DNA of 64,000 nucleotides from Candidatus Obscuribacteraceae bacterium (GTDB lineage: Bacteria; Cyanobacteriota; Vampirovibrionia; Obscuribacterales; Obscuribacteraceae): assembly GCA_044226015.1 (NCBI GenBank), contig JBGAHS010000008.1:160001-224000 (forward strand), given 5' to 3'. This document shows positions 9,479 through 20,200 of the stretch, one piece after another; position 1 is the first letter of the stretch, and each line of letters starts with the position of its first letter. Position numbers and translations under genes: made by a program. The notes under the pieces were generated by a model that was not told the origin of the DNA, made no database searches, and saw nothing but the letters and a program-made list of their open reading frames with translations.

Positions 9479-10654
9479 CTAGCCTTGCGCAGCACTAAAC
9501 TCTGCGGCGTGGGCTGGCGTGTGTGTTTTGAAGAACGATTCAATCTTTCCAACCACGTAAGCAACAAGCTCTTCATTGAGACCAATCCACAATGGAAGAC
9601 GCAATAAACAATCGCCAGCCATTATCGTGTTTTCCAGGGAACTAGCAACACGTCCGTATTTCAGACCTGCAGGCGATTGATGCAAGGGCACATAGTGGAA
9701 CAGGCTCGCGATGCCATTTTCCTTAAGGTAAGAGCTCAGTTTTGTTCTGGTATCAAGAGAATCAACGAGAATGTAGTATAGATGCGCATTGTGAATGCAT
9801 GATTCTGGAACTACAGGACGACGCAAATAGCCTTTCTTCTCCAGTGCTTCAAGCATCTTGTGGTAGTTGTTCCACGAATCCATACGAGTTGCCTGAATAA
9901 AGTCATATGACTCTAATTGCGCCTTCAACACGGCAGACTGAAACTCGCTCGGCAAGAATGAAGAACCTTTGTCTTTCCATGTGTATTTATCAACTTCACC
10001 ACGGAAAAATTGTGAGCGGTTGGTTCCCTTTTCGCGCAGAATTTCAGCGCGGAATGCGAGATCCTGATTATCTGTCAGGAACGCACCACCTTCGCCCGAA
10101 ATGATGTTTTTCGTTTCATGGAAGCTAAATGCAGCCATATCACTCACCGTTCCAAGCTTTCTTCCTTTATAAAGAGCACCGATGGCGTGAGCGGCATCTT
10201 CAATAACGAGAATATTATTGGCTTTGCAGACTTCGTTTATCTTGTCCATTTCACAAGCAACGCCAGCATAATGGACTGGAAGCACAGCTCGGGTTTTCTT
10301 GGTGATGGCCTGCTCAATCAAATTCTCATCGACGTTAATCGTATCTTTGCGAATGTCGACAAAGACGGGAACTGCGCCCTGAAGCAGGAAGGAGTTAGCT
10401 GTCGAAGAAAATGTAAATGACGGAAGAATGACTTCGTCACCGGGTTTAAGATCTAGCAAAAGAGAGGCCATCTCTAGAGCAGCTGTGCCGGATGGCGTCA
10501 GTAACGCTTGCCTCACGCCGAGCATGTCTTTCAACTTGTTGTGGCACCACTTTGTCATTGCGCCATCACCGCTCCAGTGGCGGCTGTTCGCGACCTCAGC
10601 TAAATATTCAGCCGTGTTTTTGGCGTTATAAACGTTGTTGAAAGGGATCTTCAT
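9479..10654 (-). CDS. wecE: dTDP-4-amino-4,6-dideoxygalactose transaminase (DegT/DnrJ family, WecE/RffA type)
   Basis: MKIPFN, SGDG, LLTPSGTAALEM, PVHYAGVACEM, EDAAH, FSFHETKNIISGEGG (PLP lysine), REKGTNRSQFFRGEVDKYTW, GSSFLPSE, FHYVPLHQSPAG, LLRLPLW. Confidence 0.9.
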   Translation of the reverse strand: MKIPFNNVYNAKNTAEYLAEVANSRHWSGDGAMTKWCHNKLKDMLGVRQALLTPSGTAALEMASLLLDLKPGDEVILPSFTFSSTANSFLLQGAVPVFVDIRKDTINVDENLIEQAITKKTRAVLPVHYAGVACEMDKINEVCKANNILVIEDAAHAIGALYKGRKLGTVSDMAAFSFHETKNIISGEGGAFLTDNQDLAFRAEILREKGTNRSQFFRGEVDKYTWKDKGSSFLPSEFQSAVLKAQLESYDFIQATRMDSWNNYHKMLEALEKKGYLRRPVVPESCIHNAHLYYILVDSLDTRTKLSSYLKENGIASLFHYVPLHQSPAGLKYGRVASSLENTIMAGDCLLRLPLWIGLNEELVAYVVGKIESFFKTHTPAHAAEFSAAQG

Positions 10655-10860
10655 CGATAGAATCTCAGGAAAAGATAATGATAACGCGTAATTTGCTGCC
10701 GTGACACATACAAAGTTGAGAAGATGGCAATCTACAGGCGTTGAATGGGCGCGAAATTTAGCGCCATCGGGAAAAAACTCTTGTAAATGATGAAAAATCT
10801 ATGCTGGGAATTTTCCAGTTGATAACCTAGAATGCACGGGTACGGCTGCGGGAATTAACA

Positions 10861-12657
10861 TTGCTTAAGCAAGCGACATTGTCCACAAAAGACGAAAGCG
10901 GCAGCACGAGTGCCACAGTAACGACAAAGCGGCAGACTTTCTGGCCTCTTCTTTCTGTTATCTCGCTGTATTTTCTGAGCATCATCATCGCGAACCCTGC
11001 GGGCAATTTTCCGATCAATGACGATCTTATTTATGCAACTGCCGTAAAAAGCATTTTGAATACGGGCTCATTACACATTGTTGTTGGCAATGCGTTTGAC
11101 TATCTTCCTGTGATGACCGGTGTTCTGGTCTGCAAATTTGTCGGCTTCTCTTACGATGCGCTTCGTGGGGTCACAATTGCCTATCACGTATTAGGAATTG
11201 TGGGCATGTATCTAGCTCTAAAACAGCTAGACATGAAGAACAGAGATGCAGCGATTTTTACAGGATTGTATGGGCTCAATCCTTTTATGTTGTATTTGTC
11301 TTGCACATTCATGACAGATACCCCCGCACTTGCAATAACTAATTGGATGTTCTACTTCGCACTTCGTGCGATGAAAACAAAGAACCTGGGCACCTGGCTG
11401 GCAGCGATGGTCTGCCTGACTGCCGCTGTCTCCGTCAGGCAGTCAGCCTTGAGTTTCATGCCCGCACTAGTGCTCGCGGCTATCGTCAGCGTGCGAATGA
11501 CAAAAGAGCGCCTAATTTACTTAGCTTCGCTTGTGCTGCCGGCGGTCACATTCTTTGTATTGCAGCACTGGCTAAAATCAAACACAGAGTTGACTGAATG
11601 TTATGAGCACTTTCAAACAACTATTCCAGCAAAGATGCTGCAAATATTGAACCCTGCGAAGCTGATTACACCGCTTGCTCAACAATATTGTATGTATGGG
11701 CTGTTCTCAGCGCCACTGAATCTAGCAACGCTAGTTCTGGTCTTCAAAAAACTGAAAGAGCATAAGACACTAGCTGCGGTATCACTCATTGCTGCACTGG
11801 CGCTCACTGCGTTGCCAATCTACATTCTGCTGGGCGTAGAGAAGATCATCTTCATGCCGTTCTACCAGAATCTCTTTTCACCACCATATATTGGAACATA
11901 CCAGGCAATCGGCGCAGAGATGATCTGGCCGAAGAAACACTTACTCGCAATGGGACTTCCAGCCGGCATTGCAGGAACACTGTTCGCCTTCTGCCTTTAT
12001 TTTGTTTGCGCCTACAAGGTGAATCGGCAAGCACTAAACGACATCCCAGCCAAAGCAAAAGAATATTTGCAAAGCAAAGCCTCTTACGAGACTCAGCTGC
12101 AAATGTTCCTTGTTACATCGTTCGCTTTCACTTTGATGGCAACCCAAGCGCAGTTACTGACCAATGGGCTTGATCGTTACATGTGCGCACTTGTGGCGCC
12201 GGCCCTTTTGCTATTCGGCAAGTTTTGGCTCGATTTCTCAGCAGGATTGAGTTCGAAACTCATACTCTCAACGGGTGTCATTGCACTTATGGTTTATGGC
12301 ACCATGACGTTGAGCGACAGCATGAACTTCAATCGGGCGCAATGGACTGCAGCCCGCAAGGTCGAAGCCATGGGTGTCAGCCCACTAAAAATCGAAGCAG
12401 GACCAGAATACAATTACACCTACGGTGGCGCGAACTGCCTGCGTGGAATTCATCGTGCAACGAAGACCTGGCCGGTAGAACGCAGAGGTGGACCAGAGAG
12501 ATCAAAACTGCGCTGGTGGCCAATCAACGGCGAAGATTACATCATCTCGTGCGACCCTGTTAAGGACTACACGAAGATTGACGAAGTGCCGTACTTCCAA
12601 ACCGTTCGATGGAAATACAGACCTGTCTATATATTGAAGGCAGACAGGCTACCCTAG
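10861..12657 (+). CDS. GT-C fold membrane glycosyltransferase (GT39/PMT- or ArnT-like)
   Basis: First-loop FPINDDLIY (DD motif), GFSYDALR, LNPFMLYLSCTFMTDTPAL, VRQ, DRY, many TM helices and an extracytoplasmic C-terminal tail. Confidence 0.8.
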   Translation: MLKQATLSTKDESGSTSATVTTKRQTFWPLLSVISLYFLSIIIANPAGNFPINDDLIYATAVKSILNTGSLHIVVGNAFDYLPVMTGVLVCKFVGFSYDALRGVTIAYHVLGIVGMYLALKQLDMKNRDAAIFTGLYGLNPFMLYLSCTFMTDTPALAITNWMFYFALRAMKTKNLGTWLAAMVCLTAAVSVRQSALSFMPALVLAAIVSVRMTKERLIYLASLVLPAVTFFVLQHWLKSNTELTECYEHFQTTIPAKMLQILNPAKLITPLAQQYCMYGLFSAPLNLATLVLVFKKLKEHKTLAAVSLIAALALTALPIYILLGVEKIIFMPFYQNLFSPPYIGTYQAIGAEMIWPKKHLLAMGLPAGIAGTLFAFCLYFVCAYKVNRQALNDIPAKAKEYLQSKASYETQLQMFLVTSFAFTLMATQAQLLTNGLDRYMCALVAPALLLFGKFWLDFSAGLSSKLILSTGVIALMVYGTMTLSDSMNFNRAQWTAARKVEAMGVSPLKIEAGPEYNYTYGGANCLRGIHRATKTWPVERRGGPERSKLRWWPINGEDYIISCDPVKDYTKIDEVPYFQTVRWKYRPVYILKADRLP

Positions 12658-12797
12658 AACTGAGCGTAGAGCCTGAATCAGGGTGATTAGCCAGCAGCGC
12701 CATTGTCTGTATTTACTTCTATTTCGACGAGCATTTTCTCATCGATAAATCGGCGCTGCGTTAAGAATTCACGACCGCAACTGAACCAACGCGAGCA

Positions 12798-13577
12798 TCA
12801 AGCTTTGACTGCGTCGACTGAACCATTGCAGCCGGAAACCCGTTGAATCTCAGAAGAGATTTCCAACAACGACAGACCACTTATGCGAATGGCATCCTCA
12901 AGCTCAGAGAGGTCTTTCACTGTATCAACAGCATGCCAGAAGTCCTTTGTACGATAAGACTTCAGCAGACCATCCTGCGCCAACCTGGGAAAAGTGAATT
13001 CCTCATGGTCTCCCTTCGAAGGTAGAAGTTCAACCATCTGAGGTTCAAGCAAATAGATTCCCGCATTTATCCAATAGGGCAGTACAGGCTTTTCACGAAA
13101 CGCTGACACAAAGCCATCTTCATTGTGTTCGATAATTCCGAATTGACTCTTAAATGGAACAGCAACTACAGTTGCTAACGCATGATACTTCCTGTGGTGC
13201 CTGACCAAGTCATCGACTCGCAACTTGGTCAAAACATCTCCATTCAGAGCAATTACAGGCTGGTGAGATCTGTCAAATTGCATCGCAAGCTTCAAGGCAC
13301 CACCACGACCGAGTGGTTCAGGCTCAATTTGGTAAGAGATTTCGACACCATATTCAGTACCATCACCAAAGTATTCAACTATCACATCATGAAGATAGCC
13401 ACAGCAAATCGTAATCTTTTTGCAGCCATGGGAGATAAGCCAATTCACGTTATACCAGAGAATTGGCCGCCCATTCAGCTCTACCATGCACTTAGGACGG
13501 CAATCGGTTAATGGACGAAGCCTTTCACCTTTGCCACCCGCAAGAACTATCGCGCGCATATTACCTCCACGATACAC
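12798..13577 (-). CDS. NDP-sugar pyrophosphorylase / nucleotidyltransferase (mannose-1-phosphate guanylyltransferase-like)
   Basis: AIVLAGGKGERLRPLT, PKCMV, EPEPLGRGGAL, NGDV, FREKP, INAGIY, FWHAVDT. Probable start is ATG 13559, just after GGAGG. Confidence 0.88.
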   Translation of the reverse strand: MYRGGNMRAIVLAGGKGERLRPLTDCRPKCMVELNGRPILWYNVNWLISHGCKKITICCGYLHDVIVEYFGDGTEYGVEISYQIEPEPLGRGGALKLAMQFDRSHQPVIALNGDVLTKLRVDDLVRHHRKYHALATVVAVPFKSQFGIIEHNEDGFVSAFREKPVLPYWINAGIYLLEPQMVELLPSKGDHEEFTFPRLAQDGLLKSYRTKDFWHAVDTVKDLSELEDAIRISGLSLLEISSEIQRVSGCNGSVDAVKA

Positions 13578-14202
13578 ATAGTATATTGCAGAGAACTTTC
13601 GCTAGCCCTAAAAAGAACTAAATCAGAAAAACGCCAAAAATCTGAGAGCAAAATGACACCACCAGCAGTGCGGTTGACAATCCGGGTTAAGGAAGCTGAG
13701 AGAGCCGCCTGTCGACCATATCCAGCAATATCGCTCCAAAAATTGCGTCAAAGATCTTCACAATAGTGATTTAAGTGACAATGTTATCCATTTAACACTG
13801 GTCGATCGCACAAGTACCCCGAATTACATCGAATCGGATCCGCAATCATATACAGATCAAGGCTTTTACATGTCAACACAGATAGAACTCAGACATGAAG
13901 AGAATTCAGCATTTGTCGCACTTTTCATACCGCCAGAGACGCTCACTAGCGCGACGAAAGCGCTATGACTTTGTTCCCAGCAAAAGAAAAAATGTTTTTC
14001 GAGACAAAAAGGAGTTACCTCTCACGCCAGCTGGCGCTAGATCTAACCGCGATTTAGCTAAATTATTTTTATCCCCGATGACCGTAGTCTGCATGCCTTG
14101 CCACCCAACGGCAGCACCGTAGACACAGCGATATCCACCCCAGATATAACTTGCCAGTTGAGGTATAACCCCGGAGACTAGCAGTGAGTTCGAGTTGTCA
14201 GC

Positions 14203-14207
14203 AGGAG
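14203..14207 (+). promoter_or_regulatory. Shine-Dalgarno site of the giant gene
   Basis: AGGAG 7 nt upstream of ATG 14215. Confidence 0.75.
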
Positions 14208-14214
14208 ATATCGA

Positions 14215-17200
14215 ATGCGTATCCGACGTCGCAGAAAAATTGGTTCGGTGAAGAAGAGCGTTGTGCTTTTCGCTTCATCGATGATCTTGATTAATTCGTT
14301 CATGGCGACCCAGTCCGCCGTGGCGCAGAGCAGACCAGGTTCAGTTCCCACCAACATGAGTCAAGCGACTCCGATAGGCGGAACGACGAACCCAAATCCG
14401 AACACCAGACCTACGAATCTGGATTTGTCGGCTATGTCGGGAACGATAACTTCTGCGAACACCAGTCCGGTGAACATCCTCGTTGGAGGAGCCATGAATC
14501 ATGGCACTGTATCTGGTGGCACATCTCTGATCATCAATCCTGGAACCGCGGTAACTCCTGCACAATACGTCGCGGTCTTCGAAGCCATGCGTGGCAACCA
14601 GACTTTGTTGCTCAATGCACAAGGGGCTGCCACAGGCGGTTCATTCCGACTCAACTCAAACCAAGTCACAACTCTTTCAGGTCTCACTGTTCCAAGTGGC
14701 GTTACTGGGATTGCCACTGGTTACAATGCCAATTCTCCACTGCAAGTCGCTGGCAACGTAAACGTACTCGGTTCTCTCTACTCACTGCAAAATGCACCGA
14801 ACATGACATCGGTGTTGAACATGGACAACTTGTACATTGGTGCAGGCGGACTTCTCTCCGGTCGCATGCCTAATGGAATGGATCTGCCTGGGGTCTATTC
14901 GTCAGCTGGCATGTTGCTGAACGTCGCCAACTCCATGGTCAACCAGGGCGTAATCACAACACCTGGCGCGCTGAACATAACCACTGGTGGCAGCATCACA
15001 AACCAGAGTGTTAACAACGTTCAAGCGGTCATCAATGCACAGAATATCGTCCTCAATACTGGCACCGGCCAGATTGTGAACTCAGGCTTAATTCAGGCAA
15101 TGGATTCGTTGCGGGTCAATACTATTAATCCGACAACCAATCTCAACATCGACAATACTAAAGGTATACTTCAAGCGCTCGGCTCACTTAATTCAGTGAC
15201 CGGGCTTTTTGATAATAATGGGGTCATAACCCTCCGTGAGGATGGTGCCAACCTTGAGCTAGCTAATGTCAATGTCAGTGGCGGTCAACTTGACGCCGGC
15301 GGTGGCATCAATGCGTTCGGTAAGAACATCGAGATTCACACAGACAGCATCACAGGACCTTTGAGTTCAAAGGGTTCTGTTGCTCACGTGTCTGTGACAT
15401 CTGGCGATCTATATTTAGGTGACCAGATTCTTTCTGGCGACCCGACTTATTTCAACAACGCAGGCAATATCGTTATATCTAGCCTCACATCAGTGGCTGG
15501 AGACCTGGCAATCGTCGCATCTGGAAGCATCATCACCACCGGCGCGACAACAATTCAAACGACAGCCAACAACTTCAGTATCTTCCTTGGAGCAGGCTTC
15601 AATTTCACTACAGGTGGCGGCACAAACTCTCCGAGTTTCGCAACTAACGCACCGGGTGACACTACTAGCACACTTACGTTCGACGGAACTACGAATGCTG
15701 GAAAGTCCATCAACAGTTCCGGACAAATCCTCAATCTGCAGACAACCGGCACAGGTAGCATTACTCTGGCCAGCACCGGGTCAACAAATATCGGCGGCGG
15801 CACGATATCCAGTGAGAAAGGTGATGTCACAATCATCGCTGGAAGTGGGTTCACACAAACAGGTGGCAGCATAGGCACCACATCTGGCAATGTGACGATC
15901 GCATCAGCGGCTCCAGTCATCTCCAACACTTCTACGGTAGTGAACGGACTTGTTACGGGTTTACCTACAATAGGTACGAAGAATTCGAGCGCGATAACTG
16001 TACAGACCATCAACTCAAGCGGTGGTGGCAACGTTTCCATCCAGAGCAATGCTGGAGCACTCACGTTGGGTGGGGCAGTCACTACGGCTAGCGGCGGTAC
16101 CATCAGCATAGACACAGGTTCGATTACAAGCTCAGGAGTGAACATCGGTAGTGCGTCTGCGGGCGCCATAACGATCAATCCTGGCGCAGGCTCAATCAGC
16201 AGCCTCGGCTCTATCACGAGTGCCGCTGCCATTAACGTAGGCAGTGCCACTGCGACAGGCATCACTGTAGGCGCAGTCGACAACTCCGCTGGCACTGGCA
16301 ACCTCACTCTCCTGACTAAGACTGGAGGCGTGAGCGCTGGCGCTCTTACATCGATGGGTTCAATTGATGTGCAAGCAACAGATGGCAGCTCGAGCGGAAA
16401 TATTTCAACAGGAGCGGTCACGAACTCTGCTAGCGCTGCTGGTACTGTGAAGCTTTCCGCCGCATCCGGCTCTGTCACCACCAGTGGTGACATTTCAGCA
16501 AAAGGAAAAGTTGAAGCTGGCGACGGCAATGGTACGGGTCTGTCAGTCGGAAACGTAAGTAACTCTACAGGCGACATATTCCTTGCAAGCAACACCGGAT
16601 CTTTGACTGCTGGAACCGTCAACGCCGCAACTGGTTCAGTAGACGCCAGCAACAATAGCGGAGCAATCACTCTGTCCGACGTCACTGCTGGCGGAGCTGG
16701 TAAGCAAATCTCAGTGACTGCCAGTGGAACTACACAGGTGGGCAACCTGACAAACCTGGGTGGCTCCGTGAGTGTTGTTAACAGCAATTCTGGAACCAGT
16801 ACGACAACAGGTTCTATCACGACTACAGCAGCAGCTGGTGGTTCAGTTCTTGTACAAGGTGGCAACAGCATATCAACTGGTGCCATCGACACTCATGGAA
16901 CTGCTGGCGACGGTGGACTTGTTCTATTAGATGTGTCAGCAAACCCTAATGCTGACATTTCTGTGAGCGGTAACATTAATACCAGTGGTACCGCAAAAGG
17001 CGGGGACCTTTTCTTGCTTGCGAACAACGTAAGCTCAACAACTTCCGAAATAAGAGTCGACGGCTCTCTCAATGCCAGTGGTGGCACAGGCAAAGCCGGC
17101 TCCGTTGTAGTCGCTGAGTTCAACACATCAGCACTCAACATCAACAGCAACACAGCCAGCCCTGGCGCTAACACTATAGGACCTATCACCGCGACTTCTT

Positions 17201-20200
17201 CGGTAGCTAGCCCCGACATTCTAATCAGCAACAATGTCGGTGATGTTCACTTCGGCGGACCAGCCGGAAATGCCATCGATGCGAAGGGTCTTGTTCAGGT
17301 GACAGCTGGCGGCAGCATCACTGGTAGTGGCACCGGGAAGGGTGTCATCAAGTCTGCAACTAACGTCACGCTAATCGCTGGAACTGATGCAGGCAGTTTC
17401 GCCAGCAATGCAATTGAAACAAACACAACTAGCCTGAACGCAACCGCGACTACCGGCGAAATCTATGTTAACAACACCAATGCCGGTGTATTGAATGTAG
17501 ATGGCGTTGTGAGCGCTAAAGACGTCTACATCAAGACAAATAATGGAATTCAACTCAACACCAATATTGCCCCGACAGCCAATGGCGGCGTAACATTGGA
17601 AACCGCGGCAGGAGACATTAGCAGCCCTGGAAACAAGAGCATCAACACATCAACAGGAGTGGGTGATGGTGGGTATATCGTGTTGTTGGGCACCAATGTC
17701 GATTTGGGCACAGGCACTCTGACTTCCAACGGCAACGGCTCTAACAAGAATGCCGGCGGCATAGGTATCATAGCCCCGGGCGGCAACGTCACTACTGGTG
17801 CGATCAGTGCAAATGCGACCGGCTCTGGCAACTCTGATGGTATAGGTATAACAGCCAAGAATGTGCATATTCAGGGCAACCTGACAGCAACATCCGCCTC
17901 CGGCGCAGGGGGTGGCATCACTGTCGGCACAGTCGGTTCCGCAGGGGGTTCGATAAGTATTGATGGCAACATCGATGCTACCGGAGGAACTTCCGGTTCC
18001 GTCACACTGACGGAGAATTCATCGAGCCAGTTTGGCTTCAACGCAGGGATAACGGGAACCAACGTCATCCAGGGCACTGTCAGCGGCGGCGCGATAACAA
18101 TCAGAAATGACGGCACCGGAACTATATTCTTTGCCGATAATTCAGCAACGGCTGTCACAGGGACATCGATCACCGTCACCGCTGGTACTGCGGGAGTATC
18201 TACCGGAGCCATACTGGGTCTGGGCACCGGCACAGCCGGCACCAACAAAGGTGCTCTAGTTGCGACGACCGGCACAATAAGCCTGACATCATATTCGAAC
18301 GGAACTAGCAGTAGTTTCATCGGTACTCTTAACAGCCAGCTTGTCGTTGATCAACAAAGCGGCGGACTCGTCAGCTTTACAGCAGAAGGAACCAGCAGCA
18401 ATGTATTCCTTACCGATATAAATTCCGGCGATGTCACACTCGCAGCTAGCGGAAGCAACTTTGGTAACAACCTGAGTTACAACAAAGTGAACGGTGGCAA
18501 CATCACACTAGGAACTGTAAGCAGCACTAACAACGGCACCATAAGCGTCAGCATTTCTGGTGGTGTTGGCGGAGACATCATTCAAGGTGGAAGCGGATTG
18601 CTGTCCTCACCATCTGGCTCAGTCATCTTATCGACAAGCAACGGCAATATCGGAGCGTCCGGAACTGGCGGAATCGACATTCAGGCAGCGAACATTCAAG
18701 CTAACGCAGCCGGAACAGCGAAGAACGTCTTCATAGACGCCAACGCCAGCACAAGTGGTGCGGTAACAATCACAGGACCTGCGGCAGGTTCATCTGCTAC
18801 AGGTTCATTCAACCTTACCTTAGTCAACGATGGCAATCTGACGGTGCCATCTGGCAAGACTGTAAATGGTGCCTCTGTTGATCTTTCAACCTTCAACGGC
18901 GACATAAAACTCAATGGAGCCGTAACCGCATCGAACGGAACCCTCCATGTAGCAACAGGCACCGCAGGCGGTGACATCTACATAGGTGCTCAACTCACGG
19001 ATTTAGCAGGCGGCAACGTGCTGCTTGAGGCGAAGGCTCCAGCAAGCACCATATTCGTCACACAAACTCTAGGCACGACCATACTCGGCACCGGCGGCGA
19101 CATAATCCTCAAGAGCGGCTCTGGCGGCTTAAAGTCCAACGGCAACGACATTACTTTTTCAGCGATCGGTAAACTAGACGGCACAGGTCTGGGCGGAGAC
19201 GTTAACACAACCGGAACATCTACTGGTGGTGGCGTCAATTTCTTTGGCGCTACAGGAATTGACCTCGGCACAACCAAGATCGTGACAGACGGAGCCACAG
19301 GAGCAGCAGGCAACATAGCTCTCACCAACGCTACCGTTGGAACAGACATTAAGACCGGCGGAATCAGCGCGGTGGGCGGAACCAACAGCGTAGGTGGAAA
19401 CCTAACCGCCATTAGCAGCGGCAGCATATACATAGTCGGCGACATCAGCACCAACGGCAATGGCAGCGGCAATGCTGGCTTCATCTCACTACAGGGAACA
19501 AGTCCTTCAGGTGCCATCAGAGTGGATGGCAACTTGACAGCAACATCCACTGGTGGAGCAGCAGGCAGCGTTTCGCTCAGTGAAACTTCAAGTGCACCAT
19601 TCCAGTTCAATGTTGGTGGCTCAGGCGCAGCCAACTCCATTAAAGGAACAATTTCAGCCGGGGCAGTCACCATCTATAACTATGGTGGTGATGTAGTATT
19701 CAAAGGTGCCAACGCGCCTGGTGCGATTGCGCAGTCTAGTTCGATACAAGTGCAAGCAGGACAGCTTGGCACCACAGGTAGCATCACCTCCGACGGAACC
19801 GCCAACAGCGTGCTGAATTCGACAGGCGGCATAGCTCTAAGTGCCGTAGATGGCGGCACTATTGGTTCAAGCACTAATGCAGTCAAAGTGAAAACCGGAA
19901 GCGGACAGGGCGTTCAGTTGTACTCAGACAGTGCGACTGGCGACATGTTCGTGGAGGATTTGGGAACAGGTTCCACTTTCCTTCAGGTTTCGAACCTTGG
20001 TCATGACCTCACCTACACTAAGACAGCAGGTGGAGATCTAGTTCTCGGCTCAGACATCGACAGCGATAACAACGGAACTGTCAGCCTCAGCATCACTGGA
20101 ACCGGAAGCATCGACAATTCGGTCGGTCCATACACAATCACGGCAGGTGCTGTCGTTCTGAGCACCCAAACAGGTAGCGTAGGCTCGAACACGAAAGTGA

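Noticed and set aside
9479..10654. Enterobacterial common antigen locus
   Set aside because: Only the wecE-type gene is present; wecA/B/C/D/F/G, wzxE and wzyE are not in the window.
180..13511. Short alternative-frame and antisense ORFs within the envelope cluster
   Set aside because: All overlap well-supported genes and have no family features.
13895..14122. 75-aa ORF upstream of the giant gene
   Set aside because: No clear RBS or recognisable motif. It overlaps the palindrome-rich putative regulatory region, although a leader-peptide role cannot be fully excluded.
14215..14325. Tat signal peptide (RRRR)
   Set aside because: It lacks the S/T-R-R-x-F-L-K consensus, and folded export of a protein this size is implausible. 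Treated as a Sec-type signal with a basic N-region.
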